The translations under genes were made by a program, and so were the position numbers. From positions 64,001-128,000 of IMG/VR virus record IMGVR_UViG_3300042691_012617: a DNA stretch of 64,000 bases; one strand, written 5' to 3'. Under the pieces are notes generated by a model that saw only the letters and a list, made by a program, of their open reading frames with translations, did not search any database and was not told where the DNA came from. This stretch comes from a virus. This document shows positions 1 through 8,264 of this stretch, piece by piece. Every line of letters begins with the position of its first letter. Position 1 is the stretch's first letter.

Positions 1-162
1 TAGGAAGCGGATCACCGCGTAGCCGTTACCCGCCTTGTCGCGCTCAAGCGTCCAAAAGCGATCATCGTCGTAGTTCTTCTTCTCGCTGACCTTGCTCATC
101 TCCTTAGACAATTTGTCGATAGCAGACTGAGCGTTCTTCTTCATGCTTGCGAATCCTGACAT
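1..162 (-). CDS. 32: Single-stranded DNA-binding protein gp32, N-terminal part (runs off window)
   Basis: Manual translation MSGFASMKKNAQSAIDKLSKEMSKVSEKKNYDDDRFWTLERDKAGNGYAVIRFL; DDRFW..DKAGNGYAVIRFL is the T4-family gp32 signature; AGGAG RBS at 171-175. Not in ORF track. Confidence 0.95.
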   Translation of the reverse strand, partial: MSGFASMKKNAQSAIDKLSKEMSKVSEKKNYDDDRFWTLERDKAGNGYAVIRFL

Positions 163-210
163 GTGTGTATCTCCTGTGTGTTTGTGTGCTGTGTGTGAAA
201 CGATCTGACA

Positions 211-238
211 AGTATAGCGTGATGTGTGTCTCAGTCAA
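211..238 (-). promoter_or_regulatory. sigma70-type promoter for gp32
   Basis: TTGACT-16 nt-TATACT on minus strand in intergenic gap. Confidence 0.7.
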
Positions 239-470
239 GGGGCAACTTAGATGTTTTCTTTGTTCCTCTCAACATGTTTCGATCCTCAAACTCTGCCTTC
301 AACTTCTCCCGAATCGGTTTCGTAACCAACTTGGCTACTGACTCAGGTTCGATTCCATGCTTATCACAGAGTTCAAGAATCGCGTCGATGTACTTTCCCT
401 CCTTGCGGTTCTTGCATAGTTCTTCGATCTCTTTGCTGAATGTCTCTTCGATATTAATGATCGATCCCAT
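231..470 (-). CDS. 33: Late transcription co-activator gp33
   Basis: 79 aa, FSKEIE..YIDAILELC..IEPESVAKLV.KPIREKLKAE pattern of gp33; next to gp32. Confidence 0.85.
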   Translation of the reverse strand: MGSIINIEETFSKEIEELCKNRKEGKYIDAILELCDKHGIEPESVAKLVTKPIREKLKAEFEDRNMLRGTKKTSKLPLD

Positions 471-712
471 TACGGAATCCTTTCGTCTTCTGTAGGGTTC
501 GCCATTTCAATCGGCATTTCCTCAATAGTATCAACCCAACGGCGAATACCCGTTTCGAATTCGTCGCTTGTCAGTAGGATACCGATCTGCTCTCCCTTGT
601 CTGTCATGAAACGAATGCAATGGTACTTCTCCTGCTCGGGAGCAACTACCATTTCATCGGTGCGGGTGAGAGACCACCCGAAATACTCAAGCAGCCTTTT
701 GAGCCAGTTCAT
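470..712 (-). CDS. Hypothetical protein
   Basis: ORF from MNWLKRLLEYFG, overlapping neighbours in operon fashion; start trimmed from ORF track. Confidence 0.6.
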   Translation of the reverse strand: MNWLKRLLEYFGWSLTRTDEMVVAPEQEKYHCIRFMTDKGEQIGILLTSDEFETGIRRWVDTIEEMPIEMANPTEDERIP

Positions 713-1373
713 TGGCGATTTCCTGCACTTTCTTGAAATTGTTCTTTGCCCAATAGGAACGGATGACCTTTGCCAATCCTTCCCTGAAGTCGTTGCGATG
801 CTCAACAAACTCCTGAGCCGTGCCCTCGTCGGTGGCAATCAGCACGACAAGCCGTTCGATGCGCTTGCCCGTTCGCTCTTCCCACATGTACGAGTATGCA
901 GCCGCTTGGTGGAAGTAGTTCGTGATCCACGAACGCTTCTTCTCCTTGGATGCAGTCTTGAAATCGATGATGGCGGGTTCGCCACAGTATTCACCGATGC
1001 AGTCTGTCCGTCCTGCAAGCATGAGAGTATCCGACCATAGACCGTTTTCAATTGCATAGATCTCACCGATGTTCTGCAACAGCGGAAGAATCGGATCGAA
1101 ATGCCAACGATCACCGATCTCCGCAGGAACGGAGCGATTGGTCAGATACTCCTCAACCAAGGAGTGTAACTTGTTTCCGCGATTGATCGCCATCTGCGAC
1201 TTCTTCGCGTTCTCGGGATCCTCTCGCCACTTCTTCCACTTGTCGGCATCTTCATGGTTCACCACGGTGGTAACCGATGGATACCACTTGCCGTTTGTTG
1301 GCGATTGATAGTAGCGTCCCATCCCTTCCGCTTCCACGGAAACGAGTCTTGTTTCGTTTGTATTCATATTCAA
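687..1373 (-). CDS. PD-(D/E)xK exonuclease (T4-like phage exonuclease)
   Basis: YPSVTTV, RGNKLHS, AGRTDCI..IIDFKT, Q..AY motifs. Confidence 0.85.
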   Translation of the reverse strand: MNMNTNETRLVSVEAEGMGRYYQSPTNGKWYPSVTTVVNHEDADKWKKWREDPENAKKSQMAINRGNKLHSLVEEYLTNRSVPAEIGDRWHFDPILPLLQNIGEIYAIENGLWSDTLMLAGRTDCIGEYCGEPAIIDFKTASKEKKRSWITNYFHQAAAYSYMWEERTGKRIERLVVLIATDEGTAQEFVEHRNDFREGLAKVIRSYWAKNNFKKVQEIANELAQKAA

Positions 1374-1624
1374 TAGTCTCTCATTCCGTGACGGGGGTGC
1401 GCCGACTTGATCTTGGAAATGACTTCCTTGAAACCGCTGTCGGGTTTACGAATGCCCAAGCGAACAGGATCGATCACGGGCGGGGCAGATGCGATGTACT
1501 GCTCAACCTGTTTCTTGCCACACTTTGGGCATGGCTTCTTGCATGGCTTCGCCCGATCCTTGATCATGAAGAACTCTTCGAATCGGTGGTCACATGCACG
1601 GCATAGATAATCGTAATTTGGCAT
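1370..1624 (-). CDS. FmdB-family zinc-ribbon protein
   Basis: MPNYDYLCRACDHRFE..CPKCG pattern; preceded by TATAAATA at 1636-1643. Confidence 0.85.
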   Translation of the reverse strand: MPNYDYLCRACDHRFEEFFMIKDRAKPCKKPCPKCGKKQVEQYIASAPPVIDPVRLGIRKPDSGFKEVISKIKSAHPRHGMRDY

Positions 1625-1638
1625 AGCGAGTCTTCTAT

Positions 1639-2178
1639 TTATACGGCTTCGCTAGCAAACCACGATGGGACGGGGGTCTTCGCCCACTTGGCGAAACGCT
1701 TCTTTTCACCGATGTAGTACTTACGATAAGCCGTGACGGCATCTTCGCAGCGGTACTGTTCGGGCATTGCTTGAGCAAACGGAGTGAGTGGTCCATCCTT
1801 GATGTTGTTAGGACACCCTGCGAGGATGCCCATCAGATCATGCATGGAGTGCTTCTTGCCATATCGCTTGGTGTACTCAAACATCAGACCCCATGCATGG
1901 TGCCAAAGCCAATCGTAGTTGGACGAAGTCTCCATTGCCCATCGTGTGCATGGGTGATTGACCATTGTCGCAAGACAAAGGACATCATCGTACTCGGAGT
2001 GAATCCAATGCTTGATCTTGCGACCGTTTTTGGATAGACGGATAGTAGGTTCGCCGTCAAGCACACGGTGTGCCGTAGAAAGCATCTGTGCGCTTTCAAC
2101 GATCATCTTTACGACATGCTTGTCACAAAGATCCCGCGCCGCTTCATGCGGTGAGGATTGCACTACGAAGATGTTCAT
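1639..2178 (-). CDS. Pyrimidine-dimer DNA glycosylase / DenV-like protein
   Basis: MNIF..A...CDKHVVKMIVESAQMLSTAH, NHPC..W, QAMP.QY, AYR.YY..EK motifs. Confidence 0.8.
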   Translation of the reverse strand: MNIFVVQSSPHEAARDLCDKHVVKMIVESAQMLSTAHRVLDGEPTIRLSKNGRKIKHWIHSEYDDVLCLATMVNHPCTRWAMETSSNYDWLWHHAWGLMFEYTKRYGKKHSMHDLMGILAGCPNNIKDGPLTPFAQAMPEQYRCEDAVTAYRKYYIGEKKRFAKWAKTPVPSWFASEAV

Positions 2179-2181
2179 GTA

Positions 2182-2442
2182 TCAGTCCTTGAAGGAGCCA
2201 TCGTTCCAAAGATGCCACAGACGGTGTGTGAGGATTGCCCAACCAAGTCCAAGCCAAGACTCAGCGTGGTACACGCCTGCTTCACATTCCATGATATAGG
2301 ACGGTGCAATCTTGATCTTGTCGTACATGCTAATGTCGATGGGCTTGGCATCGGGTGACAATTCTGCCTCGCGCACGGGCGCGGGTGCGGGTGCGACCTT
2401 TTTGACGGTCTTGATTTCACGCTTCTTAGTTGACTTAGCCAT
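2182..2442 (-). CDS. Hypothetical protein
   Basis: ORF MAKSTKKREIK..., co-oriented and abutting neighbours. Confidence 0.6.
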   Translation of the reverse strand: MAKSTKKREIKTVKKVAPAPAPVREAELSPDAKPIDISMYDKIKIAPSYIMECEAGVYHAESWLGLGWAILTHRLWHLWNDGSFKD

Positions 2443-2647
2443 TGCGGTGCGCTCCCATCGGCTCGACATTCTCTTCCTTAACCCAATAGGTCTCGGAACC
2501 CCACTCGTTGCTGTGGGTGGTGACTAGGTACTGCTTGCCCCAATTGGGGTGCATCTCTACCCGCCGAACAACGGCGGTCTTCTGCTCGTCCCGCAGCCAA
2601 ACCTTCTGCTGCGGTGCCTTCTTCTGTACTGTTTCGTTGCTTTCCAT
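2435..2647 (-). CDS. Hypothetical small protein
   Basis: ORF MESNETVQKK..., directly downstream of a sigma70 promoter. Confidence 0.6.
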   Translation of the reverse strand: MESNETVQKKAPQQKVWLRDEQKTAVVRRVEMHPNWGKQYLVTTHSNEWGSETYWVKEENVEPMGAHRNG

Positions 2648-2687
2648 GTGTTTGAACCCTTTTTGATTTAAGGTTGCGATTGGGATA

Positions 2688-2716
2688 AGTATAGACCATG
2701 ATTGGGTCGGTGTCAA
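2688..2716 (-). promoter_or_regulatory. sigma70-type promoter
   Basis: TTGACA-17 nt-TATACT on minus strand. Confidence 0.8.
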
Positions 2717-2726
2717 GTCCCGACTG

Positions 2727-2733
2727 CTAAATA
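2727..2733 (+). promoter_or_regulatory. Late promoter (CTAAATA)
   Basis: Variant of T4 TATAAATA box, recurring upstream of many genes in the window. Confidence 0.65.
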
Positions 2734-2751
2734 AGGGTGAGGTACATCATC

Positions 2752-3189
2752 ATGCCAACTACCCTGACCATTCCTGAAGTTCTGAAGAAAATCTCGCAAA
2801 CCGCAAAGAGCCGCGAGGACACCATCCGTCTTCTCCGTGAGAACGGAAGCCACACGCTGAAGCAGTTGCTTCACTACGCCTTCTTTGATAGCGCAAAGTG
2901 GTACCGCAACGATCTCCCCGAATACACGCCTGACCAAGCCCCCGAAGGCTTGACCATGTCGAGTCTCTTTCAGGAGAGCAAGCGGCTGTACATCTTCAAG
3001 GAGTCCTATAACCTTCCGAAGAATCGCAAGGACATCCTGATGATTCAGATCCTTGAGTCTGTTCACCCCGACGAGGCAAAACTGCTGAAGGAACTTATCA
3101 GCGGTACCTTCGGATACGGTTACGGATTGTCCAAGCCGATTGTTCAAGAGGCGTTTCCCGACATTGCTAATGTTGTGGTTGCTTCCTGA
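2752..3189 (+). CDS. Conserved T4-like phage hypothetical protein (DUF6433-like)
   Basis: IPEVLKKI..LKQLL..AF, LPEYTP, FIQ/IQILESVHPDEA.LL pattern typical of aquatic T4-like phages. Confidence 0.65.
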   Translation: MPTTLTIPEVLKKISQTAKSREDTIRLLRENGSHTLKQLLHYAFFDSAKWYRNDLPEYTPDQAPEGLTMSSLFQESKRLYIFKESYNLPKNRKDILMIQILESVHPDEAKLLKELISGTFGYGYGLSKPIVQEAFPDIANVVVAS

Positions 3190-3715
3190 GAGCATATCGC
3201 GCAAGGAAGTAGGAGTCAACTATATCTGAGACAGGACTTCCACAGTCCTTGCTCTCTTTCTCCATGGACTTCATGAGATCGATCCCCGTCTGATCCTTGA
3301 ATGCAGCATGCATGACGCATTTGTCTGCGTTTCCCTTCCCTGCCGCAAATTTCTTGAGTGCGGTGGGGGCAACGGTTTCGAATCGAATGCCGTCCTTCCA
3401 CAACTTATGCTTCAACAGACCGCAGTTCTCACCGATATGAAAGACCTTGCCCTTGGCACCCATCGCGTAGTCCTCTATGACGAGCGCATCGGGATTGACT
3501 CTGCACTTGGATACCGCCCAATTCGAAATCAAATCGTATCTTTCCTCGGGCGAAAGGAAGTCGGGGTAGGTGTCACCGATACAGGTGAGGAATCCAAAAG
3601 TATGAGTTACTTGGTTTCGCTTGACCGATGTGAGAAACCAACAAGTGGCTCTGTCCCCGTCGATCAGCGTGACGGCGGGTGATGTCATAGAGTAGTCAAT
3701 GCCAAGGACTTTCAC
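3167..3715 (-). CDS. RuvC-like (RNase H fold) Holliday-junction resolvase
   Basis: VLGIDYS (D), VIEDY (E), PTALKKFA.GKGNA.K, DIVDSY (D) motifs; GTG start inferred. Confidence 0.75.
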   Translation of the reverse strand: MKVLGIDYSMTSPAVTLIDGDRATCWFLTSVKRNQVTHTFGFLTCIGDTYPDFLSPEERYDLISNWAVSKCRVNPDALVIEDYAMGAKGKVFHIGENCGLLKHKLWKDGIRFETVAPTALKKFAAGKGNADKCVMHAAFKDQTGIDLMKSMEKESKDCGSPVSDIVDSYFLARYALRKQPQH

Positions 3716-3761
3716 GCAAGTATGTATTGCATCCCTTGAAACCTGTGCTAGAATCTGACAA

Positions 3762-4199
3762 ATGAACATCGAACGAATCAAGGAAATGGTCGAAGCCGAC
3801 CTCAAGATCGACGGAACCGAATTAGGTGACGAGTCGATCCGCATTCCACAACTGCACGGCAAGTACCTTAACATCTATCACGATGAGTGCCTGATCCTTC
3901 GCAAGTTGGATGCAGATTTCAGCATCCTCCGCAAGAAGAAGTGGGAGTACTACAACGGCAAGATGTCCCAACAGGAACTTGCCCAACTTGGGTGGGAGCC
4001 TTTCGGACATCGCATCCTGCGCCAAGACATGGATACCTACATGAGCGCAGACGAAGATCTTGTTCGTCTCGGCTCAAAGATCGATCTACAGAAGGCGAAG
4101 GTTGAGTATCTTGACAGCGTGATCAAGGGAATCAACAACCGCCAATGGGTGATCCGCAATGCCATCGAATGGCGCAAGTTCATGAGCGGGGTGACCTAA
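3762..4199 (+). CDS. uvsY: Recombination mediator UvsY
   Basis: DLKID..L..ES..IP.LH.KY, KWEYY.GK, I.NR.W.I.NAIEW.KF..G motifs; precedes uvsW. Confidence 0.92.
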   Translation: MNIERIKEMVEADLKIDGTELGDESIRIPQLHGKYLNIYHDECLILRKLDADFSILRKKKWEYYNGKMSQQELAQLGWEPFGHRILRQDMDTYMSADEDLVRLGSKIDLQKAKVEYLDSVIKGINNRQWVIRNAIEWRKFMSGVT

Positions 4200-4202
4200 A
4201 TA
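4196..4202 (+). promoter_or_regulatory. Late promoter (CTAAATA) for uvsW
   Basis: Overlaps uvsY TAA stop; ATG 6 nt downstream. Confidence 0.65.
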
Positions 4203-4208
4203 CCTTGA

Positions 4209-5750
4209 ATGAGCGTGATTGAAGTTCGTAGCATGAATACCGCTTATCTTCGTGTCATCGCGGAGAATGGCGTTTCATACGAACTTCAAGACTACTTCAC
4301 ATTCGAAGTCCCTGGTGCGAAGTACACCCCCGCGTACAAGCGGCGTGTGTGGGATGGGAAGATACGACTCTTCAATGCATACTCGGGGCTGTTGCCCTCG
4401 GGTCTTATGGACTACCTTGCGACATTCGCAAAGGATCGAAACTATGAGTTGCGAGTCGATTCGTCGGTAGCCCAACCTGAGATCAAGTTCGACTGTGAAA
4501 AAGTCAGAGGTTTCATCAAGTCACTAAACCCGACTGCCGATGGCAAGCCTTTGGATCCCCACGACCACCAAGTCGATGCGGTGTGTCATGCCCTGAACCA
4601 ATCACGATGTGTACTCCTGTCGCCAACTGCTAGCGGCAAGAGCCTCGCCATCTATTCGATGGTCAGGTACTACCAAAACGCAATTGCTCCAAACAGAAAG
4701 ATACTGATCATCGTACCGACCATCTCGTTGGTCGCGCAGTTGTATTCCGACTTCAAGGATTACTCGGGCACGACGAACTGGAACGCTGACAAGAACTGCC
4801 ACCGCATCGTGGGCGGCGAAGCCAAGTTGACCGACAAGCAGATTGTCATTTCGACATGGCAGAGCATCTACAAGTTGCCTCGGGCATGGTTCGATAACTT
4901 CGAAGTGGTTATCGGAGACGAAGCACATCTGTTCAAGGCACAAAGCCTGAACACGATCATGAACAAGTTGATCGACTGTCCCTATCGCATCGCGCTGACA
5001 GGTACGCTTGATGGAAGCAAGATTCACAAGTTGGCTATCGAAGGATTGTTCGGTCCAGTTCACCGCGTGATCACCACGAAGGAACTGATGGAGCGGAACC
5101 TTCTGACCAACCTGAGAATCGAATGCATCATGCTTCGTTATCCACCTGAGATACGCAAGGGCGTGTGTGGATTGGATTATCACAGCGAGATCGATTGGTT
5201 GGTCAACTGCGAGAAGCGAAACGAGTTCATCGCGTTCTTGGCATCTGCGACCCGTGGCAATACCCTTGTCTTGTTCAACTATGTCGAGAAGCATGGAAAG
5301 CCTCTGTACGAATTGATCAAGAAGACTGCCATGACAGTCATCGAAGGGCGCAAGGTGTTCTTCGTCGCGGGAGAAACAGAACTTGAACAGCGCGAGGGAA
5401 TTCGATCCATCGTGGAGAAAGAAGAGAATGCAATTATCGTTGCGTCCTACGGTACATTCTCCACGGGCATCAACATTCGCAGTCTGAAGAATGTCATCTT
5501 TGCTAGCCCCTCAAAGAGTCGTATTCGAATCCTTCAGAGCATCGGTCGCCAACTACGCAAATGCGAAGGAAAGCATATTGCAAAGTTATACGACATCGCT
5601 GATGATCTCCACCATGGCGACAATCTGAACTACACGCTACAGCACTTCCTGAAGCGAGTGAAGATCTACGAGTCCGAACAGTTCCGCTACAAGTTGGTCA
5701 AGTTGCCAATCGACATGCGGATACAAAGACCAAAGGGAGACGGCAAATGA
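4209..5750 (+). CDS. uvsW: SF2 DNA helicase UvsW
   Basis: WDGKIRLF, SPTASGKS (Walker A), GDEAH, QSIGRQLR. Confidence 0.95.
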   Translation: MSVIEVRSMNTAYLRVIAENGVSYELQDYFTFEVPGAKYTPAYKRRVWDGKIRLFNAYSGLLPSGLMDYLATFAKDRNYELRVDSSVAQPEIKFDCEKVRGFIKSLNPTADGKPLDPHDHQVDAVCHALNQSRCVLLSPTASGKSLAIYSMVRYYQNAIAPNRKILIIVPTISLVAQLYSDFKDYSGTTNWNADKNCHRIVGGEAKLTDKQIVISTWQSIYKLPRAWFDNFEVVIGDEAHLFKAQSLNTIMNKLIDCPYRIALTGTLDGSKIHKLAIEGLFGPVHRVITTKELMERNLLTNLRIECIMLRYPPEIRKGVCGLDYHSEIDWLVNCEKRNEFIAFLASATRGNTLVLFNYVEKHGKPLYELIKKTAMTVIEGRKVFFVAGETELEQREGIRSIVEKEENAIIVASYGTFSTGINIRSLKNVIFASPSKSRIRILQSIGRQLRKCEGKHIAKLYDIADDLHHGDNLNYTLQHFLKRVKIYESEQFRYKLVKLPIDMRIQRPKGDGK

Positions 5751-6199
5751 CGCAGTACTACCCAATCAAACTAGTGCGAATGATGACAGGTGAAATGATC
5801 GTCACGGGAATCTCCAATGGTGGAAAGGAATCGTACATCTTCGAAAAACCCATGGTTCTTGTTGCGGTGGCATTGCCCAATCAAAAGCCTAATGTGCCGC
5901 AAGAAGTCTCCGTCATGCTTCGTGATTGGATGGAGTTCAGCGACGATGAATACTACATCATCCCGAAGAAGGCTGTCATGTGCATCATGAAACCCAATAG
6001 AGACATCGTTGCCGATTACTCTCAGGCGAAGATCCAATCAGACATCATGAGCGACATGATTGAGAATGGAATGGTAAACGGCACCAAGACCGTGGAAGAC
6101 CTAGAGAAAGAGATTGAAGACAATGAGGATGATGATGCCGAATACGAAGAGGGGCACGACGAGTTCCCTGGTTGGGGCGGCGATCCTCGGCTCGGCTAG
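5747..6199 (+). CDS. Conserved T4-like hypothetical protein (Sm-like fold), acidic tail
   Basis: IKLVRMMTGEMIV start; usual position between uvsW and gp55. Confidence 0.6.
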   Translation: MTQYYPIKLVRMMTGEMIVTGISNGGKESYIFEKPMVLVAVALPNQKPNVPQEVSVMLRDWMEFSDDEYYIIPKKAVMCIMKPNRDIVADYSQAKIQSDIMSDMIENGMVNGTKTVEDLEKEIEDNEDDDAEYEEGHDEFPGWGGDPRLG

Positions 6200-6303
6200 G
6201 TACTAAAGGGTACTAGTAGTACTCTATGTACTCTCTAAAGAGGTTACTTAAGTAGTACTCTATAGGTACTAGTTCCCTCTTGAACCTCAAGAGTATCTAG
6301 TAG
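6196..6303. repeat. GTACT/CTAG-rich intergenic repeat tract with hairpin
   Basis: Six GTACT copies (6200,6210,6219,6228,6255,6266); AGTAGTACTCTAT at 6215 and 6251; CTCTTGA-acc-TCAAGAG hairpin 6277-6293. Confidence 0.8.
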
Positions 6304-6364
6304 CGGCAAGAAGTAAATTGCCTTTGATTCAACCAAGTCTGTAAAGATTCTGCTGACAATCTTC

Positions 6365-6393
6365 TTTACTCCAACACAAGTCGGTGTTATAGT
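6365..6393 (+). promoter_or_regulatory. sigma70-type promoter for gp55
   Basis: TTTACT-17 nt-TATAGT, followed by GGAG RBS. Confidence 0.65.
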
Positions 6394-6416
6394 TCCCTCA
6401 ACAACACGGAGAGATA

Positions 6417-6995
6417 ATGGCTAAGAAAAGAGCAGGAAACCACTACATCGACAACGAACGGTTCCTAGAGGAACTGGTAACACACAAGAAGGCTGTAGCC
6501 AAGGCGAAGAAGGAAGGCATCAAGCCACCTGGTGTGACAAACTACATCGGTCAATGCTTTCTCGACATCGCTAACAACTTGGCGAAGAAGCCCAACTTCG
6601 CAAACTACACCTACAAGGACGAGATGGTATCGGACTCGGTGGAGAACTGCATCATGTATGCGACCAACTTCGATCCGAAGAAGTCCCGCAATCCATTTGC
6701 ATTCTTCACGCAGATCATCTACTACGCATTCCTCAGGCGCATTCAGAAGGAAAAGAAGCAACTCTACATCAAGATGAAGTGCTTTGAGGAGAACGATCCC
6801 ACGGGTCGTTTTCGAAACTGGATGGAGGAACAGCACAGCAAGTACGAGGACGGCAATCAAAGTCCATATGTGGAATTCATTTCGGATACCACCCTCACAT
6901 CGGAATCACTCAAGCCCAAGAAAAAGAAGAAGCGCAAGAAGAAGACTACCAACGATTCAAAGCATACCTTGGATGATGTGATGGAAGATCTATGA
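6417..6995 (+). CDS. 55: Late sigma factor gp55
   Basis: HYIDN..F, YIG.CFL.IA..L...PNF.NY, NPFAFFTQIIYYAFLRRIQKEKKQ. Confidence 0.95.
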   Translation: MAKKRAGNHYIDNERFLEELVTHKKAVAKAKKEGIKPPGVTNYIGQCFLDIANNLAKKPNFANYTYKDEMVSDSVENCIMYATNFDPKKSRNPFAFFTQIIYYAFLRRIQKEKKQLYIKMKCFEENDPTGRFRNWMEEQHSKYEDGNQSPYVEFISDTTLTSESLKPKKKKKRKKKTTNDSKHTLDDVMEDL

Positions 6996-8035
6996 TTGCA
7001 ATTATCAACGACACGCACTTTGGTGCCCGTAACGACAGCCCGATCTTCCTTGAACACTTCATGGAGTTTTGGGAGAAGGTGTTCTTTCCCACACTAGAAG
7101 ATCGTGGCATCAAGAGGATCATTCACTTGGGCGACTTCCTAGATCGCCGCAAGTATGTGAACTTCTACACCCTACAACAGGTTCGGACACGGTTCTTGGA
7201 GCCGCTGAAGAACATGGGTGTTGAGATGGACATCACTCTCGGAAACCATGATGTCTTCTTCAAGAACACGAACCGACTCAACTCGGTCATCGAACTGTTC
7301 CGCAACTACCCCAACATTAGAATCCACGAACAGCCGACCGTGATTGACTTGGGAGAAACAAAGGTAGGATTGGTGCCTTGGATCACCAAGGACAATTCGG
7401 AGGAGTGCCTGAAGTTCATCGCGTCCGCGCCCGTGCGCGTACTCATGGGACACTTTGAGGTAAGCGGCTACGAGGTGCTTCGCGGTGTCGAACACCACGA
7501 TGGTATGGATCCCGCCCTCTTCAAGAGTTATGAGGCAGTCTACAGCGGTCACTTCCATTGCCGCCACAGCAGGGCAAACATCCACTACTTGGGCACTCAG
7601 TATCAGATGACATTCGCTGACCTGAACGAGCGGAAGGGATTCAGCATCTTCCACCCACGCACGGGCGAGATGGAGTTCGTTGAGAACCCGATTCAGATCT
7701 TTCATCAGATCGAATACGATGACACTAAGGAAGACTACAACATCCTGAACTGCAAGCAGTACAGGAATACATTCGTTCGGCTCTTGGTCAAGAACAAGAC
7801 TCGCCCGATCATGTTTGACAACCTGTTGGATCGCCTGAACGATGCCCCTGCACATTCCGTGAGTGTGACCGATCAGACCGAAAAGGAAATAAACAGCAAC
7901 ACGGATGTCGTGGACATGTCCAAGGATACCCTCACCCTGATCTGCGACGAGATCGATACCCTACAGGGGGTGCAGGATCCAGTACGCCTCAAGACCCTGA
8001 TTCGGGAGATTTACAGCGAGTCGCTGCAAGGCTAA
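6992..8035 (+). CDS. 47: Recombination endonuclease subunit gp47 (Mre11/SbcD-like)
   Basis: DTHFG, HLGD..DRRK, GNHD, SGHFH metallophosphoesterase motifs. Confidence 0.95.
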   Translation: MIAIINDTHFGARNDSPIFLEHFMEFWEKVFFPTLEDRGIKRIIHLGDFLDRRKYVNFYTLQQVRTRFLEPLKNMGVEMDITLGNHDVFFKNTNRLNSVIELFRNYPNIRIHEQPTVIDLGETKVGLVPWITKDNSEECLKFIASAPVRVLMGHFEVSGYEVLRGVEHHDGMDPALFKSYEAVYSGHFHCRHSRANIHYLGTQYQMTFADLNERKGFSIFHPRTGEMEFVENPIQIFHQIEYDDTKEDYNILNCKQYRNTFVRLLVKNKTRPIMFDNLLDRLNDAPAHSVSVTDQTEKEINSNTDVVDMSKDTLTLICDEIDTLQGVQDPVRLKTLIREIYSESLQG

Positions 8036-8038
8036 ATA
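8032..8038 (+). promoter_or_regulatory. Late promoter (CTAAATA)
   Basis: Overlaps gp47 stop; ATG 7 nt downstream. Confidence 0.6.
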
Positions 8039-8045
8039 TGATGAA

Positions 8046-8264
8046 ATGCCTAAGCACTACGACACGCTGATTCGGGATATCAAGGAGTGGAGTACCGTTC
8101 CTACAAGTGGTAGCGGAGATGCCACCACACGGATATCCCTTAGGACAGGCAAGGCTGACAAGGCAAAGAAGCCGTCTGTAATCCAACTGAAGAACAAGTC
8201 TCCTTCGCGGGTAGAGATCGGTAAACTAAAGAACGCAAACTGGAGTTCGGGGGGTATCACATGA
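8046..8264 (+). CDS. Hypothetical basic protein
   Basis: Follows late promoter; ATGA overlap with next gene. Confidence 0.55.
   Translation: MPKHYDTLIRDIKEWSTVPTSGSGDATTRISLRTGKADKAKKPSVIQLKNKSPSRVEIGKLKNANWSSGGIT

Noticed and set aside
687-1373. Exonuclease as Cas4 / CRISPR component
   Set aside because: No Fe-S cysteine cluster pattern, no other cas genes and no repeat-spacer array in the window; it is a common T4-like exonuclease.
6196-6303. GTACT tract as a mini-CRISPR array
   Set aside because: Repeats are 5-13 nt and irregularly spaced, without unique spacers of constant length.
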